This document shows, piece by piece, positions 63,191 to 64,000 of a stretch of 64,000 nucleotides of DNA. Origin of the DNA: Candidatus Krumholzibacteriia bacterium. GTDB lineage: Bacteria; Krumholzibacteriota; Krumholzibacteriia; Krumholzibacteriales; Krumholzibacteriaceae. The notes beneath the pieces are model-generated. The model saw only the letters and a list, made by a program, of their open reading frames with translations. It ran no database searches and was not told where the DNA came from. Both the position numbers and the translations under genes were made by a program. The stretch is from positions 1,824,001 through 1,888,000 of the forward strand of contig CAWIIQ010000001.1 in assembly GCA_963836185.1 (NCBI GenBank), read 5' to 3'. Positions within the stretch are counted from its first letter, which is position 1; each line of letters opens with the position of its first letter.

Positions 63191-64000
63191 GTGTCGAAAC
63201 TCAGGGTCTATATCCCAATATTATCAATTCTCATACTTTCAGCAACATCTCTGTCGGCCCAGGAGCCGTACTTCTATGACGGTACCCGTCCCCTCTCGAT
63301 AGGCAAGGCTTTTATCGCCCTGGCGGATGCCGAGAACGCGATCTTCTACAACCCGGCTTGTCTTACCAGGATCGAGGGCCACAAGGTCTCCCTCTCCGGA
63401 TATATCCAGCAGTACTCATGGGAGATCACAGTCTGGCCGCTCGCCGGCAGGAGACCGAATTTTACCGATCGGGGATTCACCGCCTCATACGTGCAGAACA
63501 GGTTCGGGATCTCATTCAGCTTCACCGGAAAAGGGTGGTGGGAGGATGTAACCATAGGCGACTGGATGAGCGGAACCTCGTATACAAAAAAGTTGATGGA
63601 TTACGAGCGGTACGTCGCAGCATCGTATGCTCATGATATCCTGCCCTGGTTCAGCCTCGGCCTTACGGGCAAGTACCTTCATTTCTCCCCTGCCGCGGAA
63701 ACCGACCTGCTCGAAAATTCGGACGGTGTGACTCTTGATCTGGGATTTCTCTTCGACCCGGTAGACAGGCTCTCGATAGGAATCAATCTAGTAAACCTTC
63801 TCTCGTCAGACATCAACTATGCTGTCTACAACGACTATACGGGAATCAACTGGCTGAACGAGCTTCCTATAAACGTGACATTCGGCCTCGCATGGGCCCC
63901 GATTGAAGCCCTGTCTCTGACCGCCGATGTGAGGAACCTCTTTCAGGACGATGTCAGCCCTGCAGTGGGCGACTACATCCTGGAGTTCAAGCGGTCTTAT
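63191..64000 (+). CDS. PorV/PorQ/FadL-like outer-membrane barrel, truncated by the window end
   Basis: GTG after AAGGAGG, signal peptide, GTRPLSIGKAFIALADAENAIFYNPACL. Absent from the ORF track, probably because no stop falls inside the window. Confidence 0.75.
   Translation, partial: MSKLRVYIPILSILILSATSLSAQEPYFYDGTRPLSIGKAFIALADAENAIFYNPACLTRIEGHKVSLSGYIQQYSWEITVWPLAGRRPNFTDRGFTASYVQNRFGISFSFTGKGWWEDVTIGDWMSGTSYTKKLMDYERYVAASYAHDILPWFSLGLTGKYLHFSPAAETDLLENSDGVTLDLGFLFDPVDRLSIGINLVNLLSSDINYAVYNDYTGINWLNELPINVTFGLAWAPIEALSLTADVRNLFQDDVSPAVGDYILEFKRSY

Overview
GC-rich chromosomal window from a diderm, LPS-making bacterium; the gene content suggests an uncultured FCB-affiliated lineage such as Krumholzibacteria or Latescibacteria, which is inference only. 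Bases 1-42800 hold mostly minus-strand housekeeping genes: mcsA, lolD/lolE, lysS, prfB (with its programmed +1 frameshift), coaE, polA, nadD, bamD, rimO, ftsK, thiE, comB, accC/pilT-like/accB/efp, an ECF sigma/anti-sigma pair, rnc, the fab/plsX/rpmF cluster, ndk, sucCD, a cPGS-like NTPase and rfaE1/E2. The most notable locus is a plus-strand operon at 43038-54137. It has the gene order and catalytic-subunit motifs of the Mrp-MBX/MBS membrane-bound sulfane-reductase type complex and is not a [NiFe]-hydrogenase or canonical complex I. It also shows a fused double antiporter subunit, a NuoI-GltD NADPH-type flavoprotein fusion and a coupled ferritin-like gene. The right end carries lipoproteins, lpxL, a DUF362 Fe-S protein, dprA, a multi-hairpin intergenic region and a BlaI/BlaR1(M56)-TPR pair with three visible operator-like sites. 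A 42/21-bp tandem array lies upstream of rpmF. Many genes, including essential ones, are broken by single-base indels, most likely from long-read assembly errors. No rRNA, tRNA, CRISPR array or mobile element was recognised.
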